A stretch of DNA of 63,862 nt from the NCBI GenBank assembly GCA_902493915.1, contig CABUQY010000001.1, positions 1 through 63,862 of the forward strand, in the 5' to 3' direction. The translations under genes and the position numbers were made by a program. This DNA comes from an uncultured Collinsella sp. (GTDB lineage: Bacteria > Actinomycetota > Coriobacteriia > Coriobacteriales > Coriobacteriaceae). Positions 61,896-63,862 of this stretch are shown here, piece by piece. How positions within the stretch are numbered: position 1 is the stretch's first letter; every line of letters starts with the position of its first letter. The notes under the pieces were generated by a model. It was not told the origin of the DNA, did no database searches, and saw nothing but the letters and a program-made list of their open reading frames with translations.

Positions 61896-62984
61896 ATGGC
61901 TCATCGCTCCGTAATTCCGTTTGGCCCGCAGCACCCGGTGCTGCCCGAGCCGCTTCATCTGGACCTAGTGATCGAGGACGACCGCGTCATCGAAGCAATT
62001 CCGCAGATCGGCTTTGTGCACCGCGGACTCGAGAAGCTCACCGAAAAGCGCGATATGCATCAGTTTGGCTACATCGCCGAGCGCATCTGCGGCATCTGCG
62101 CCGTGGGCCATAGCTGTGGCTACGCCAGCGCCTGCGAGCGCATGCTCGGCATCGAGGTGCCTGGTCGCGTGCAGTATATCCGCACCATTCTGCATGAGCT
62201 TTCGCGCATTCACTCGCACCTGCTGTGGCTGGGCCTGCTCGCCGATGCCTTTGGCTTTGAGGCGCTGTTCTATCGTTCGTGGACGCTGCGCGAGCAGATT
62301 CTCAAGATCTTTGAGAGCACTTGCGGCGGTCGCGTGATTCTGTCGATTAACGAGATTGGCGGCCTTAAACACGACATTGAGGATTCCGAGCTGGCGGGTA
62401 TTGTCCAGACGCTCGACGCTATGCGCCCTGACTACGAGGCCGTGGTGCATACATTTTTGGACGACAATAGCTGCGGCGAGCGCCTGCATAGCGTGGGCGT
62501 GATCAGCAAGAAGGACGCGCTGGATCTGTCGATGGTCGGCCCGTTCGGTCGCGCCTCGGGCGTGGATTATGACGTGCGCATGTTCGGTGACGGTGCCTAT
62601 GCGGACTTGGCTGCGTTTGAGCCGATTGTTGCCACCGATGGCGACTGTTATGCCCGCTGCCAGGTGCGTTGTGCCGAGGTTACGCAGGCCATGGACATTA
62701 TCAAGGAGCTTGTCGGCAAGATTCCGCACGACGGTATCGGCGGGCGTACCAAGCTCACGCCGGCCGACGGCGCGCGCGGCGAGGTTGTGATTGAACAGCC
62801 GCGCGGCGAGGCATATTACTATGTGCGCGGTAACGGCACCAAGAACCTGGACCGTTTCCGCGTGCGCACGCCGACGTCGCAGAACCTGGCGGGTCTGACG
62901 CATGCGCTGCAGGGCGTGCTCCTTGCTAACGTGCCCATGATTATCCTGACCATCGACCCCTGCATTAGCTGCACGGAAAGGTAG
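61896..62984 (+). CDS. echE: Ech [NiFe]-hydrogenase large subunit (group 4)
   Basis: PFGPQHP, ERICGIC, C-terminal DPCISCTER with no cleavable extension. Confidence 0.92.
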   Translation: MAHRSVIPFGPQHPVLPEPLHLDLVIEDDRVIEAIPQIGFVHRGLEKLTEKRDMHQFGYIAERICGICAVGHSCGYASACERMLGIEVPGRVQYIRTILHELSRIHSHLLWLGLLADAFGFEALFYRSWTLREQILKIFESTCGGRVILSINEIGGLKHDIEDSELAGIVQTLDAMRPDYEAVVHTFLDDNSCGERLHSVGVISKKDALDLSMVGPFGRASGVDYDVRMFGDGAYADLAAFEPIVATDGDCYARCQVRCAEVTQAMDIIKELVGKIPHDGIGGRTKLTPADGARGEVVIEQPRGEAYYYVRGNGTKNLDRFRVRTPTSQNLAGLTHALQGVLLANVPMIILTIDPCISCTER

Positions 62985-62991
62985 GCGCGGC

Positions 62992-63333
62992 ATGAGTTTA
63001 CTGACATTTGCCAAGACGGCCTTGGGCTCTATGGTCAAGCAGCCGGTAACGGTGTGCTATCCGCAGGAGAAGCTCGCGGCACCCGAGCGCCTGCGCGGGC
63101 ATATCGTTAACGACATGAACGTGTGCATCTGCTGTGGCATGTGCGCGCGCCGCTGCCCGGCGGGCGCACTCGCGGTCGATCGCAAGGGCGGAACGTGGTC
63201 GATCGACCCGTATGCCTGTGTGGTGTGCGGCGAGTGCATCGAAAGCTGTCCTAAACACTGCCTGAGCATGGACACCGCGCGCACTCCAGTCGCGGCGGAC
63301 AAGACTCCCACAGTAGAAACCAAGCCGGAATAG
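62992..63333 (+). CDS. echF: Ech 2x[4Fe-4S] subunit
   Basis: CICCGMCARRCP and CVVCGECIESCP. Confidence 0.9.
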   Translation: MSLLTFAKTALGSMVKQPVTVCYPQEKLAAPERLRGHIVNDMNVCICCGMCARRCPAGALAVDRKGGTWSIDPYACVVCGECIESCPKHCLSMDTARTPVAADKTPTVETKPE

Positions 63334-63365
63334 CGTTGGGATGGGGCTGGTATAGCGCTGGAATA

Positions 63366-63399
63366 GGGGCCGGTGGGGCAAAAATGCCCCACCGGCCCC
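63366..63399 (+). terminator. Strong hairpin after echF
   Basis: ggggccggtggggca-aaaa-tgccccaccggcccc; no T tract. Confidence 0.5.
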
Positions 63400-63430
63400 G
63401 CGCTTAAACGCGCGGTTGGGCTGCCACGAA

Positions 63431-63583
63431 CAAAACTATGCCGGATTACGGGGCTGGATTGCGAATCCCCAACCATACAGAAAATCGAAAAACAAAACCG
63501 CAGGTAGATAGCCTGCCGTTTTTCAAAAAAAGGCTGTATGGATGAGGACTCCGACTTTAGCCCCGTAATCCGGCATAGTTTTG
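63431..63583. mobile_element. MITE-like element, family B (inverted relative to 48161)
   Basis: TIRs caaaactatgccggattacggggct / agccccgtaatccggcatagttttg; interior aligns with the reverse complement of the 48-kb copy. Confidence 0.85.
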
Positions 63584-63610
63584 AAATAGCACCATATCCG
63601 TAGCAGCCCT

Positions 63611-63658
63611 TGATCTCCCGTGGACAGAGGGAAACGGATCATTTTTGCCTCACGAGGG
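63611..63658. repeat. Repeat family D, inverted
   Basis: Reverse complement ccctcgtgaggcaaaaatgatccgtttccctctgtccacgggagatca matches 48600-48647. Confidence 0.7.
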
Positions 63659-63676
63659 CTGCCGCGTGACCCGTCT

Positions 63677-63750
63677 GCCACGAAATGGGCCTATCTACTA
63701 CGTTTAGGCGGCAGTCCTCGACCACGTCAAGTAATGCGAAATGAAAACCG
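63677..63750. mobile_element. Left half of a family C element, interrupted
   Basis: TIR gccacgaaatgggcctatctactacgttta, similar through atgaaaaccg, then unrelated sequence. Confidence 0.7.
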
Positions 63751-63862
63751 ACGCTCCTATAAGTTGTCAAGAGGCAGTTTGCGGGAGCGTTCTCTCCAAT
63801 TCGCACAGGAGCTCGTAATACCTCCTCTCCAGTTTCGTCGACCGCCGTTTCCCCCGTTCCAA
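63750..63862 (-). mobile_element. Probable right end of an IS110-family element (partial ORF 63767-63862)
   Basis: The minus strand reads LERGKRRSTKLERRYYELLCELERTLPQTAS*, with the stop inside TTGACAACTTATAGGAGCGTC, an outward -35 plus ATAGGAG end resembling IS110 right ends. Confidence 0.5.

Noticed and set aside
57677..63333. Respiratory complex I (nuo) operon
   Set aside because: The large subunit keeps both NiFe-binding CxxC motifs, and the gene set matches Ech.

Overview
High-GC chromosomal segment that looks like Coriobacteriia (Collinsella-like; inferred from gene content and codon style). Housekeeping genes: rpsF-ssb-rpsR-rplI, dnaB, purA/purD/purE/purF/purM/purN, carAB with a PyrR site, glmU-prs-pth, xth, a sirtuin, a folP-folK fusion, coaX and initiator tRNA-Met. 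Other genes: ABC and ECF transporters, NfnAB, a 2137-aa sortase-anchored GH31 (Nag31-like) with a class B sortase nearby, an HGDR-motif OYE reductase (BilR-like) and an Ech-type [NiFe]-hydrogenase operon with echA fused to echB. The most unusual signal is a set of non-coding palindromic elements. (i) An AbiEi-like/Vsr-DUF559-type nuclease gene (40504-41631) is bracketed by two ~203-bp modules with conserved 26-bp terminal inverted repeats but diverged interiors, and a third, solo module lies at 15784-15986. (ii) About ten hairpins have variable stems but share a GGGACRG motif, usually in the loop. (iii) Composite MITE-like clusters occur at 48.2-48.6 kb and 63.4-63.75 kb, the second apparently interrupted by an IS110-like end. 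(iv) One palindromic element sits in-frame in an ECF ATPase. (v) Three tandem 57-bp palindromes follow tRNA-fMet. All calls were made by eye from sequence and motifs; no database searches were run.
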